Under the pieces are notes generated by a model that searched no databases, had not been told where the DNA came from, and saw nothing but the letters and a program-made list of their open reading frames with translations. Below, piece by piece: positions 1 through 8,863 of a DNA stretch of 61,858 nt; positions within the stretch are counted from its first letter, which is position 1; each line of letters starts with the position of its first letter. Origin of the DNA: Acidobacteriota bacterium (GTDB taxonomy: Bacteria; Acidobacteriota; Aminicenantia; Aminicenantales; Aminicenantaceae). The position numbers were made by a program, and so were the translations under genes. The DNA is taken from the NCBI GenBank assembly GCA_030669585.1, contig DAOVDI010000002.1, forward strand, positions 1 to 61,858. The letters run 5' to 3'.

Positions 1-150
1 GTAAAACTATTATGGTCAGAAAGAGTGAAATGTCAAGACTCTCACCTCAGCAGACAGTGCCGGGCTGATCGTTTTCTTTTCAAGTCTTGCAGAATGTTAT
101 TCAGGATTAAGTAAGTTGATTATCAAACAGGGTTATGTTACATTTTTTTT

Positions 151-2280
151 ATGAAAAGACGTCTGATTTGGCGCAGTCTATTTGTGTTTTTATTTGCCTT
201 ATGGACGTCAGTATCCGCTCTGATCGCCCAGGAAATATTAGTTGTCGCCCAGCACCAGGAACGGACAAAAGAAGGGATCACAGCAGAGGGTCTTGTTCAT
301 GTCCGTTACGGAGATATCGAGATCCTGGCCGATCGTATATTTTTAAATACCGAGACAAAAGAAATTCTAGCTGAAGGATCTGTAACCATCCGGCTCCCCA
401 ATGAAGTTATCAGCATGGAATCTGTTCGTTTCAATATGGATTCCTGGGAAGGTACGCTGAAAAAAGTTCAGGGCATGGTCCAACCGTCGGTTTTTTATAA
501 AGCGAAGAAAGTTGAAGTCAAGAGTAGGAAAGAATACGGGCTGATAAAAGCAACGTTAACATCCTGTACTCAACCTGTTCCCAGATGGAAATTCTCCTGC
601 TCTAAAGCGAATTTTAAAAAAGACGATTACTTTGAAATGTGGAATGCCGTATTTTCGATAAAGAAGATTCCTATCTTTTATCTGCCTTATTTAAAATATC
701 CTATTGACCAGGATCGCAGCACAGGTCTGCTTACGCCGCAGTTTGGATTTTCCGGCCCGAAAGGGATGTTTTACTCTCAAAGTTTATACTGGGCTATCAA
801 AAGAAATATGGATGCGACAATTAATTTTGATCTCTATTCAGCCAGAGGGATCGGAGGCGGGCTGGAATATCGCTATTTATTTAATGAAGGCATAGGAGGT
901 CAGTTAAAACTTTATTATTTCAATTTTAAAGAAGATCCGGAAAGGTCCGACCCGGACAGTGCATATATCATCCGTTTCAATCACAGTCAAATGCTCCCAT
1001 TCGGCTTTAATCTGGTTGCAGATGTGGATTTTCAGAGTTCGTATGATTTCTTAAGGGAATTTGACAACAATTATCAACGAGCCCTTACCTTCAATCGCCG
1101 GTCTCAGGTGTATCTATCGAGATCATGGAGTTATTTTAATTTGAGTGCCCGGGTGTCCAAGTTCGAGACCCATTTTATCGAAATGGATAATTCCGTCATC
1201 AGGAAAAGCGTACCTGAGTTGAGGTTCAGTTCCTCCAAGATTAAGTTGTTTTCACCTGTCTATTTCTCTTTTTCTTCAGTTTTCCAACGATGGGAGTATG
1301 GTTGGGAAGCGAATTATGAAGCAGGCACTCAGAAACAATCACAGAGTTTGACTTTTGTACCAAGCCTTACAGTACCCTTTAACTCTATCCCATGGATGAC
1401 ATTAACATCCAACCTGGCTGCAAATCTGACATATTATTTCCAAAGTTATGCGCCGAGCAGTATGGTAGTTGTGGATGAGCCATTGTTAAGCAAGATCTAC
1501 TCTGCCAATTTTTTGTTTACCGGACCGGTTTTTGCAAAGCTCTTTTACGCGGCAGATGGGGAAGCAAAACTCAAACATATTATCGAGCCGTATTTTTCCT
1601 ACCGGTATGACACTCCTGTAAATGAATCGGATCGTTTTATTTCTATCGGGTATTTTTATCGTAACCACTATATCCAGTATGGCTTGACAAATCGTTTTTT
1701 TATCAAGCAGGATAATTCGCCCAGGGAGATATTATCTTTTGGTGTAGCCCAGACATTCTTTCTGGAGCCGGAAGAAAGTTATATGAAGATCTACAAGTTT
1801 GATGGAAAGATTCCCGAATTCTCGGATGTGAGCGGAAACATACGTTTTTATCCAAGTAGAAATTACAGCATCAATTTTTCCGTCTCTTACAATCCTTATT
1901 ATAAAACTTTTAACCGGCTTAACCTGTCAGCCGAACTCGGCAATTATTCTGGCCCGGCATTCCTTCGGGTGAACTGGTATAAAAGCATCAATCCCTGGTA
2001 TCAAAGCGCTTGGTACAACCGTCATCAGATCGGCGTGTCCGGGGGGCTTAAAATTCCAGCTCTCTCTTTAGAGACTTTAGCTGAAATAGATTTTAATATC
2101 CAGAAAAGGGAAATGCTGTACTCTGCTTTTTCTGTCATCTACCATTATCAATGCCTGGATTTCAGTGCAGACGTACGGATATTCTTTTTTCGCGAAAAGC
2201 CGGAATTGCAATTCAGATTTTCATTCGGTTTGGGAAATATCGGTAAGACAACGGATTTTTTTGGAGGATTGGGTTTTTAA
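151..2280 (+). CDS. lptD: LPS-assembly outer-membrane protein, LptD/OstA family
   Basis: 709-aa ORF. N-terminal signal peptide (…FLFALWTSVSALIAQ). OstA-like N-domain (ITAEGLVHVRYGDIEILADRIFLN…AEGSVTI). Long Tyr/Phe/Asn-rich beta-barrel-like body ending in GGLGF, a terminal Phe typical of OMPs. Family recognised from architecture, not from a search. Confidence 0.75.
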   Translation: MKRRLIWRSLFVFLFALWTSVSALIAQEILVVAQHQERTKEGITAEGLVHVRYGDIEILADRIFLNTETKEILAEGSVTIRLPNEVISMESVRFNMDSWEGTLKKVQGMVQPSVFYKAKKVEVKSRKEYGLIKATLTSCTQPVPRWKFSCSKANFKKDDYFEMWNAVFSIKKIPIFYLPYLKYPIDQDRSTGLLTPQFGFSGPKGMFYSQSLYWAIKRNMDATINFDLYSARGIGGGLEYRYLFNEGIGGQLKLYYFNFKEDPERSDPDSAYIIRFNHSQMLPFGFNLVADVDFQSSYDFLREFDNNYQRALTFNRRSQVYLSRSWSYFNLSARVSKFETHFIEMDNSVIRKSVPELRFSSSKIKLFSPVYFSFSSVFQRWEYGWEANYEAGTQKQSQSLTFVPSLTVPFNSIPWMTLTSNLAANLTYYFQSYAPSSMVVVDEPLLSKIYSANFLFTGPVFAKLFYAADGEAKLKHIIEPYFSYRYDTPVNESDRFISIGYFYRNHYIQYGLTNRFFIKQDNSPREILSFGVAQTFFLEPEESYMKIYKFDGKIPEFSDVSGNIRFYPSRNYSINFSVSYNPYYKTFNRLNLSAELGNYSGPAFLRVNWYKSINPWYQSAWYNRHQIGVSGGLKIPALSLETLAEIDFNIQKREMLYSAFSVIYHYQCLDFSADVRIFFFREKPELQFRFSFGLGNIGKTTDFFGGLGF

Positions 2281-2311
2281 GAGAGATTTATTTTTTCTTG
2301 AGGGAGGAAAC

Positions 2312-2767
2312 ATGATAGAAGGAATCAAAATTAAAAAGTTAAAGGTTATTCCGGATGAAAGAGGCCGGTTGATGGAAATTTTGAGGCATGACGATGCGGA
2401 TTATGAAAAATTTGGCCAGGTATACATCACGACGACATACCCGGGCGTTGTTAAAGCCTGGCATTTGCATCGAAAACAATCCGACTATATCTGCTGTATC
2501 CAGGGAATGATCAAGCTGGCCGTTTATGATGCGAGAGAGAATTCTTCCACTTACAAAGAGGTCAATCATTTTTATATGGGTATTCATGATCCAAAACTGA
2601 TATGCATCCCTGCAGGAGTTTACCACGGTTGGATGTGCATCAGCACGGATGAGGCGGTCATTATCAATACTCCGACCGAGGCCTATGATTATAAAAACCC
2701 GGATGAGGAAAGGCTTGATCCCCATGACATAAACATACCTTTTGATTGGCGGAGGAAAGATGGTTGA
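2312..2767 (+). CDS. RmlC-like cupin (dTDP-4-dehydrorhamnose 3,5-epimerase family / sugar ketoisomerase-like)
   Basis: Track ORF 2165..2767. I place the start at the ATG at 2312 (MIEGIKIKKL…), preceded by GGAGG about 7 nt upstream. This removes the overlap with lptD. Cupin-like motifs (DERGRLMEI, VKAWHLHRKQ, YHGW). Sits directly upstream of rfbB. Confidence 0.6.
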   Translation: MIEGIKIKKLKVIPDERGRLMEILRHDDADYEKFGQVYITTTYPGVVKAWHLHRKQSDYICCIQGMIKLAVYDARENSSTYKEVNHFYMGIHDPKLICIPAGVYHGWMCISTDEAVIINTPTEAYDYKNPDEERLDPHDINIPFDWRRKDG

Positions 2768-3794
2768 CCTGCGCTCACTGGACGGGAAAACACTATTGAT
2801 CACTGGCGGTGCCGGGTTTATCGGCAGTAATCTTATTCATTTTATGCTGAAGCGTTTTTCTCATATCAAGATCATCAATCTTGATAAATTGACCTATGCG
2901 GGCAATCTTGAAAACCTCAGGGACATAGAGAACGATCCCCGGTATGAGTTCATTCATGGGGATATTCGTGATAATGAATTGGTGGAAAAACTCTTTCGCA
3001 AGGTAAATGGGGTCATTCATCTGGCGGCTGAAACACATGTCGATCGTTCGATCCTGGATGCTGGTGAGTTTGTCCTGACCGATGTTTATGGAAGCTTTGT
3101 GCTTTTCGAAGCTCTTCGGAAGGTAGATATTGATTTTTTTCTGCATGTTTCCACGGATGAAGTCTATGGCAGCCGTGATGAAGGTTTTTTCACGGAAGAG
3201 GATCCTATTAATCCTTCTTCTCCTTATGCCGCCAGTAAAGCCGGAGCAGACCGGTTGGCTCATGCTTATAATGTGACTTATGGCCTTCCGATTTTGATCC
3301 TGAGGCCGAGCAATAATTTCGGCCCTTACCAATATCCGGAAAAATTTATCCCTCTATTCACAACAAACGCACTTGAAGACCAGGTCCTCCCTTTGTATGG
3401 CGAGGGAACAAATGTTCGTGACTGGCTTTATGTCGAAGACCACTGTTGGGCCATTGAACTTGTAATTAGAAAAGGAAATATAGGGGAGGTGTACAACGTC
3501 GGAGCCAATTGTGAAGTGCAAAATATTGCTGTTGCTTACAGGATCTTGGAGACTTTAAAAAGACCTCGGAGTTTAATCAAGTCTGTTCCTGATAGATTAG
3601 GCCATGACAGACGCTATGCTCTTGACTGCAGGAAGATCCATGCCTTGGGCTGGGAACCGAAACATTCATTTGAAGACGCGCTTTCTGCAACTGTTACCTG
3701 GTATCGAGACCATCCGGAATGGTGGAAGGCTATCAAGGGGAAAAGCAAAAGTTTTAAAAGTTTTTACAATGAATACTATAAAAACAGGAAATAA
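2760..3794 (+). CDS. rfbB: dTDP-glucose 4,6-dehydratase
   Basis: Rossmann motif TGGAGFIGSN. Motifs HLAAETHVDRS, STDEVYG and the YAASKA (YxxxK) catalytic motif. C-terminal HPEWW typical of RmlB. Start taken at the internal ATG 2760 (MVDLRS…); the track start 2742 is also possible. Confidence 0.85.
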   Translation: MVDLRSLDGKTLLITGGAGFIGSNLIHFMLKRFSHIKIINLDKLTYAGNLENLRDIENDPRYEFIHGDIRDNELVEKLFRKVNGVIHLAAETHVDRSILDAGEFVLTDVYGSFVLFEALRKVDIDFFLHVSTDEVYGSRDEGFFTEEDPINPSSPYAASKAGADRLAHAYNVTYGLPILILRPSNNFGPYQYPEKFIPLFTTNALEDQVLPLYGEGTNVRDWLYVEDHCWAIELVIRKGNIGEVYNVGANCEVQNIAVAYRILETLKRPRSLIKSVPDRLGHDRRYALDCRKIHALGWEPKHSFEDALSATVTWYRDHPEWWKAIKGKSKSFKSFYNEYYKNRK

Positions 3795-3808
3795 GAGGAG
3801 ATTAACTG

Positions 3809-4765
3809 ATGAATATACTGATAACTGGAATCACAGGGTTTGCCGGGAGTCACCTCGCGGAGCACATCCTTAAAAACCATCCTGATGACAAAATATTCGG
3901 TATAGTCCGCTGGCGGAGCCGGATGGATAACATCGTTCAGATCCAGGACAAGATCACTATGATCGAAGCAGACCTTAAGGATTCTGTTTCCTTGCAGAAA
4001 TGTCTGGCGGAAGTCAGGCCGCACTGGATATTTCACCTTGCCGCCCAAAGTTTTGTTCCGACATCCTGGGTCTGCCCGGCAGAGACGTTTGCCATAAATG
4101 CCGTGGGAGAGATCAATCTTTTTGAGGCGGTTCTGAACCTGAAATTGTCTCCTCGAATTCAGATAGCGGGTTCAAGCGAGGAGTATGGGTTTGTCAATCC
4201 GGATGAAGTTCCTATGAAGGAGTCAAACCCGCTTAGGCCTTTGAGCCCATATGCTGTCAGCAAGGTGGCTCAGGACCTCCTGGCCTATCAATATTTTAAA
4301 AGCTATGGCTTGGAGACGGTCAGGACGCGTGGATTCAATCACACAGGTCCCAGGCGTGGAGATGTCTTTATCTGTTCGAATTTTGCCAAACAGATCGTTG
4401 AAATCGAGAAGGGAGTGAGAAAACCGGTCATATATGTTGGAAACCTGGAGGCACAGAGAGACTTTACAGATGTTCGTGACATGGTCAAGGCCTATTGGCT
4501 GAGTCTTGAAAAAGGAGAATCCGGAGATGTCTACAATATTGGATCCGGAAAAACATACAGGATGCAGGAAATATTGGATATATTATTATCACTGAGCAAG
4601 GCATCCGTTACAGTGGAAGTCGATCCAAAAAGACTTCGTCCTTCTGATGTCCCTATACTCCTTTCTAACAGCTTAAAATTCAGGTCTCTGACAGGATGGA
4701 AACCTGAGATCCCACTGGAGAAAACACTTCAAGACCTGCTTGACCATTGGAGAGAACGGATTTGA
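3809..4765 (+). CDS. SDR-family NAD(P)-dependent sugar dehydratase/reductase (GDP-mannose 4,6-dehydratase / GDP-6-deoxy-mannose reductase-like)
   Basis: 318 aa. Motifs ITGITGFAGSHL (GxxGxxG) and SPYAVSK (YxxxK). Motif FNHTGPRRG is typical of the GMD/Rmd clade. Confidence 0.7.
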   Translation: MNILITGITGFAGSHLAEHILKNHPDDKIFGIVRWRSRMDNIVQIQDKITMIEADLKDSVSLQKCLAEVRPHWIFHLAAQSFVPTSWVCPAETFAINAVGEINLFEAVLNLKLSPRIQIAGSSEEYGFVNPDEVPMKESNPLRPLSPYAVSKVAQDLLAYQYFKSYGLETVRTRGFNHTGPRRGDVFICSNFAKQIVEIEKGVRKPVIYVGNLEAQRDFTDVRDMVKAYWLSLEKGESGDVYNIGSGKTYRMQEILDILLSLSKASVTVEVDPKRLRPSDVPILLSNSLKFRSLTGWKPEIPLEKTLQDLLDHWRERI

Positions 4766-5706
4766 AGATATTTATAACAGGGTCCACTGGATTCGCAGGG
4801 TCTCATCTTATAGATTATCTGCGATCTCCTGAAAACAAGATTTTTGGAGCCTTTTTTCCGGAAACCTCTGAAAAAGTGAAGAAAATGAATGGGGTTGAGT
4901 TGTTCTACTTGGACATTACAGATGAAAAAGAGACTTACTCCGCAGTCAAGGCAATTCGTCCTGAATGGATCTTTCATCTTGCTGCTGTATCCAATGTCAG
5001 ATACTCCTGGAAGAACCGTAGAGAGACCATGGAAACAAATATTCTGGGGACATTCCATCTCTTTGAGGCCGCAAGAAAGCTTGTCCCCAGTGCGCGCATC
5101 CTGTTTATAAGCTCATCAGATGTGTACGGTATCCATATGCACATGAACCGGCCTTATAAGGAAGAGGATGTGGTTCATCCTGTGAGTCCTTATGCCTACA
5201 CAAAAATCAGCGGTGAATCCCTCTGTCAGTTTTATTCCCAGATCGAAGAGCTTGATGTTGTAACGGCGCGTTCATTTCCCCATACAGGGCCGGGACAGAG
5301 CCCGGATTTTGTCTGTTCTGACTGGGCGTGTCAGATCGCTAGTATCGAAAAAGAAAAGGCAGAGCCGGTATTAAAAGTCGGCAATATTGATGTGGAAAGA
5401 GATTTCCTGGATGTCAGGGATGTGATCAAAGCATACACAGGTCTATTAAAACGGGGGAAAAAGGGCGAAGTTTATAATGTGTGTTCCGGAAAAGCAGTCG
5501 CCTTGCGTGATATTCTCCAATTACTTTTATCCTTCTCTCCAAAAAAGGTGGATCTGGATGTTGATCCAGAAAAATTGCGCAAAGCTGATATTCCCATGCT
5601 TTTTGGTGACAATGGAAAGATAAAGCAGGATGTCAAATGGGAACCGCAAATCTCTTTGAGACAGACTTTATCGGATCTTCTTGATTATTGGCGATGTAGC
5701 CCGTAA
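4747..5706 (+). CDS. SDR-family NAD(P)-dependent sugar dehydratase/reductase, paralog of the preceding gene
   Basis: 319 aa. Motifs ITGSTGFAGSHL, SPYAYTK and FPHTGPGQS. Collinear similarity to 3809..4765. The start overlaps the upstream gene by 19 nt. Confidence 0.7.
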   Translation: MERTDLKIFITGSTGFAGSHLIDYLRSPENKIFGAFFPETSEKVKKMNGVELFYLDITDEKETYSAVKAIRPEWIFHLAAVSNVRYSWKNRRETMETNILGTFHLFEAARKLVPSARILFISSSDVYGIHMHMNRPYKEEDVVHPVSPYAYTKISGESLCQFYSQIEELDVVTARSFPHTGPGQSPDFVCSDWACQIASIEKEKAEPVLKVGNIDVERDFLDVRDVIKAYTGLLKRGKKGEVYNVCSGKAVALRDILQLLLSFSPKKVDLDVDPEKLRKADIPMLFGDNGKIKQDVKWEPQISLRQTLSDLLDYWRCSP

Positions 5707-5710
5707 ACAG

Positions 5711-5725
5711 CCCAGGGGGCCTGGG
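5711..5725. terminator. Short GC hairpin in the 19-nt gap between convergent genes
   Basis: CCCAGG-ggg-CCTGGG, a 6-bp stem with a 3-nt loop. It fills the gap between the stop of 4747..5706 (+) and the stop of rdgB (-). A T-rich stretch (ttattta) follows on the + strand. Confidence 0.4.
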
Positions 5726-6343
5726 TTATTTATAGACTCTTTGTTTAAGGAAATCCTGTAAATAATCCTGCAATTGTCTCAGGGCTTTTCCGCGGTGGCT
5801 GACACGGTTTTTTTCTTCAGGGGTAAGTTGGGCAAATGTTTTTCCCAATGGAGGGAAGTAAAAGATCGGGTCATAACCAAATCCGAAACTGCCTGCCTTC
5901 TCATTGGCGATGAAGCCTTGAACCTCTGAAGATATTTCTTTTATGACAGTTCCCTTTCGGGCCAGTACCAGGCATGAGACAAACCGCGAATTTCTTTCTG
6001 CCATTGGGATATCCCTCATCAGCGACAGGACCTTATCGATGTTGTCTTCATCTGTGGATTCAGGTCCTGCGAAGCGGGCTGAAAAAACACCCGGGGCTTC
6101 TTTCAAAGACACGATCTCCAGTCCAGAATCCTCTGCCAGTGTAAGGTCATCCCAATTCCTGCTGTAGGCGAGACCTTTACCCCTGGCGTTTTCCATGAAT
6201 GTTTTCCCATTTTCGGGAAAGACGGATCTTGGCGGTGTGTCAATAAAGGAGTGGATCTGTATAGGGAGGCCCTGAAGGAGGATGCGGATTTCCTGTGTTT
6301 TTCCAGGATTGGTGGTTGCAAGAAGGAGTTTCCGGTCAGTCAA
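5726..6343 (-). CDS. rdgB: Non-canonical purine NTP pyrophosphatase (dITP/XTP), RdgB/HAM1 family
   Basis: 205 aa. N-terminal LLLATTNPGKTQEI. Motifs EDSGLEI, GFGYDPIF and SHRGKA. Confidence 0.85.
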   Translation of the reverse strand: MTDRKLLLATTNPGKTQEIRILLQGLPIQIHSFIDTPPRSVFPENGKTFMENARGKGLAYSRNWDDLTLAEDSGLEIVSLKEAPGVFSARFAGPESTDEDNIDKVLSLMRDIPMAERNSRFVSCLVLARKGTVIKEISSEVQGFIANEKAGSFGFGYDPIFYFPPLGKTFAQLTPEEKNRVSHRGKALRQLQDYLQDFLKQRVYK

Positions 6344-6983
6344 TTTTTATCTCTTTAATATTTTCCAGGCCGAGGACAGTATGAGCAAATTGCTGGTCCC
6401 TTTCTTCGCTGCCCTGGAATAGAAATGTTATAACGGAAATCCCTTCTTCGTTTTTTAGTCTCAATTCACGGAATTTCAGTCCTTCGTGAAGAGCGATTTT
6501 TTTTATTTCAGATAAGACCTGTTTAGAATGTAGCGTTTTTATCTCGTACCGGTACTGGGTTCTTTTGATAAACTGGTCTTCCAACTTTCTAAAAATAATC
6601 AGAGTCAGGATGATGATACAGGAATAGATAAGGGCAATAAGGTAATGGCCGTATCCGATTACAAGCCCCAGGACAGCGACTGTCCACAGAGTTGCGGCTG
6701 ATGTCAGCCCCACAACAGAGCCTCTGGCTTGTATGATAGTGCCGGCTCCGATAAAACCGATGCCTGTGATCACACCAGCGGCGATACGAGCCAGCTCGCT
6801 GCCGCCTGTTTCCTTCCCTTGAAGGATGGTTGTTGCCAGGACCATCATCATCGCCGCACCTATGCAGATCAGGATGTTTGTTCTGAATCCGGCAGGTTTC
6901 TGGCTTGATTCCCGTTCAAGTCCGATAAGGCCGCCAAGGGCCACAGCCAACAAAAGCTTTAATGTGATTTCTAAAATGCTCAT
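6336..6983 (-). CDS. MgtC/SapB family membrane protein
   Basis: 215 aa. Motif LLLAVALGGLIGLERE. Several hydrophobic helices followed by a soluble C-terminal domain. The stop overlaps the rdgB start by 8 nt. Confidence 0.75.
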   Translation of the reverse strand: MSILEITLKLLLAVALGGLIGLERESSQKPAGFRTNILICIGAAMMMVLATTILQGKETGGSELARIAAGVITGIGFIGAGTIIQARGSVVGLTSAATLWTVAVLGLVIGYGHYLIALIYSCIIILTLIIFRKLEDQFIKRTQYRYEIKTLHSKQVLSEIKKIALHEGLKFRELRLKNEEGISVITFLFQGSEERDQQFAHTVLGLENIKEIKID

Positions 6984-7031
6984 TTCTTATATCCTTATAC
7001 GACCTCTCATCCGTTTCAGAACTGTAAAAGA

Positions 7032-8012
7032 TTATTGTCCGATCTTATCAAGAATAGAAGCGATAAAGAAGAGGAAAAGAAGAAATATCGTGTAGGCGGC
7101 AAAGTTTGCATGTTTAAGCAGTTTTTCAGGCTCTTCCATGATCTCTTTTTCCATGATCGTCTTCTTGAAGATCAATGCAAAAAACAAAACAACAAAAACC
7201 GATATATAGAGGAAATACTGGAGTTTATAATTAACTGCAAAATGATAATAGGCGGCGAAAAAAACAAGAGCGCTTACAAGCATACCGGTAATGAGTGAAG
7301 AATGGGAATATTTTTTAAGGGATGTTCTGTAATCCCCGGCTTTTTCCTTGAGGAACCGAAATTCTGATAACCTTTTGGCTACAAGCAGAAAGTTGCCGAA
7401 TGCCCACCAACAAATCAGAAGCGAAAGGGGAGGTAAAATAGCTTGAGGAGCAAAAGCAAACCATCCGATAAAGAATCGAATTGGATTGTTGGCGGATTCT
7501 GAAATGGAATCGAGAAATGGGATATCTTTTGTTCTGATTGGCCTGATATTATAGATGAATCCAGCGAACAGCAGGCAAGTAAGAGAAAAGAAAAAGGCCA
7601 GGGAGAAACAGAGATAGGCCAGCGCCAGACTTAGAACAGCCAGGGTGACACCCATTATGATAAATGGCGCCTTCCGGATTTTCCCGGTAAGAAGGGGACG
7701 GTTCTGTTTAGTAGGATGGTGGGCATCATAGGGGGCGTCAACAACCTCGTTAACGATATAATTGGCGGTGGATATTCCCCATGTTAGGAGGAAAGAGCTG
7801 AAAATGCGCAGGATCATCTGAAAAGGTAAAGCGGAAGACAGAAAATCCCTGTGTAGAAAAAAGAAGGCAGATGTTCCGACAAATATGGCCATGCTCCTGG
7901 GCCATCTTTCCAAGCGCATCGCCTCAAAATAGTGGTTTATTTTCAATTTTCTTTTCTTGCGTATATTTCGTAGGAGTCTTTCAAAGCTAATTTTATCGGA
8001 ATTTTCTTCCAA
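7032..8012 (-). CDS. UbiA-family prenyltransferase (polytopic membrane protein)
   Basis: 326 aa with about 8-9 hydrophobic segments. Asp-rich motif NYIVNEVVDAPYDAHHP (NxxxDxxxD-like) in the first cytoplasmic loop. N-terminal YFEAMRLERWPRS resembles the conserved UbiA N-terminus, which argues for the upstream start that overlaps the methyltransferase by 70 nt. Confidence 0.7.
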   Translation of the reverse strand: MEENSDKISFERLLRNIRKKRKLKINHYFEAMRLERWPRSMAIFVGTSAFFFLHRDFLSSALPFQMILRIFSSFLLTWGISTANYIVNEVVDAPYDAHHPTKQNRPLLTGKIRKAPFIIMGVTLAVLSLALAYLCFSLAFFFSLTCLLFAGFIYNIRPIRTKDIPFLDSISESANNPIRFFIGWFAFAPQAILPPLSLLICWWAFGNFLLVAKRLSEFRFLKEKAGDYRTSLKKYSHSSLITGMLVSALVFFAAYYHFAVNYKLQYFLYISVFVVLFFALIFKKTIMEKEIMEEPEKLLKHANFAAYTIFLLFLFFIASILDKIGQ

Positions 8013-8842
8013 AAAGAACCCAAAGCAGCATTTTTTATCAAAAACTTGAAAGGACGGAGGCGGGAAAGCAGATAATGTGCACTAAATGTCCATACATACT
8101 TTTTCACTTTTACTATCTTGAATCCGGCTCTTTCAAGCATTTTGGAAATGCTTCCCATGGAAAAATAAGCCAGATGGGCTGGACGAAAATGCCACCACCT
8201 TTTTCCAGTAATTCTGGCAGCAAAACTTTCAATATCAGGTGTTACCAGACAGAGGGTCCCTCCGGGTGAAAGGATTTTAAAGGCCTTGGACACAGCCTCA
8301 AAAGGCTGAGGAATGTGCTCGATGAAATCAACCATGGTCACAGCCGTGAAAAGGTTCTTTTTCATTTCTACTGCAACAAAATCTCCTTCCATGAGATGGA
8401 TTTTATGTTTTTCCTTGGCGACGCGAACACACCATTGGCTGGCTTCGATCCCAGATGGAATCCATCCCAGGTGTTTTGCCTGGTCGAGAAGAATTCCTGT
8501 GGCTGCTCCCACATCAAAAAGCTTCCCTTTTTCAGGATGAAATTTTTCCAGGATAGTCAGGATACCGATGAAATTTTTTCCCCGGCCTTGAGCTTCCTCT
8601 TCGTAAAGAGGGTCTTCGCTCGTGCTGTAAAGAGAATGGATAAATTCTTGTCTGGGATAAGGATTGGCAAAGATATGACCGCAGTCCAGACATTTCCAGA
8701 GATCCCATGTTTTTCCGTAATCGCTATCAGTGATCTTGATCAGATCCCTGTTTATGGTTTGAAAATCGAAAGACCCGTTTTTATAGAAATGGATATTTTT
8801 ACTTGTGCAGACTGGACATCGGGAATATGTGTCAAAATTCAA
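7943..8842 (-). CDS. Class I SAM-dependent methyltransferase with an N-terminal Zn-ribbon-like CxxC…CxxC
   Basis: 299 aa. CPVCTS…CLDCGH pair. SAM motif I LFDVGAATGILL. Motif LSPGGTLCLVTP. Confidence 0.7.
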   Translation of the reverse strand: MNFDTYSRCPVCTSKNIHFYKNGSFDFQTINRDLIKITDSDYGKTWDLWKCLDCGHIFANPYPRQEFIHSLYSTSEDPLYEEEAQGRGKNFIGILTILEKFHPEKGKLFDVGAATGILLDQAKHLGWIPSGIEASQWCVRVAKEKHKIHLMEGDFVAVEMKKNLFTAVTMVDFIEHIPQPFEAVSKAFKILSPGGTLCLVTPDIESFAARITGKRWWHFRPAHLAYFSMGSISKMLERAGFKIVKVKKYVWTFSAHYLLSRLRPFKFLIKNAALGSFWKKIPIKLALKDSYEIYARKEN

Positions 8843-8863
8843 TAGTTGTTTTCCTTTCGGGTA

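Noticed and set aside
2165-2311. N-terminal 49-aa extension of the RmlC-like ORF, overlapping lptD by 116 nt
   Set aside because: An ATG at 2312 with a GGAGG RBS gives a protein beginning at the conserved cupin N-terminus. The extension has no homology-like features.
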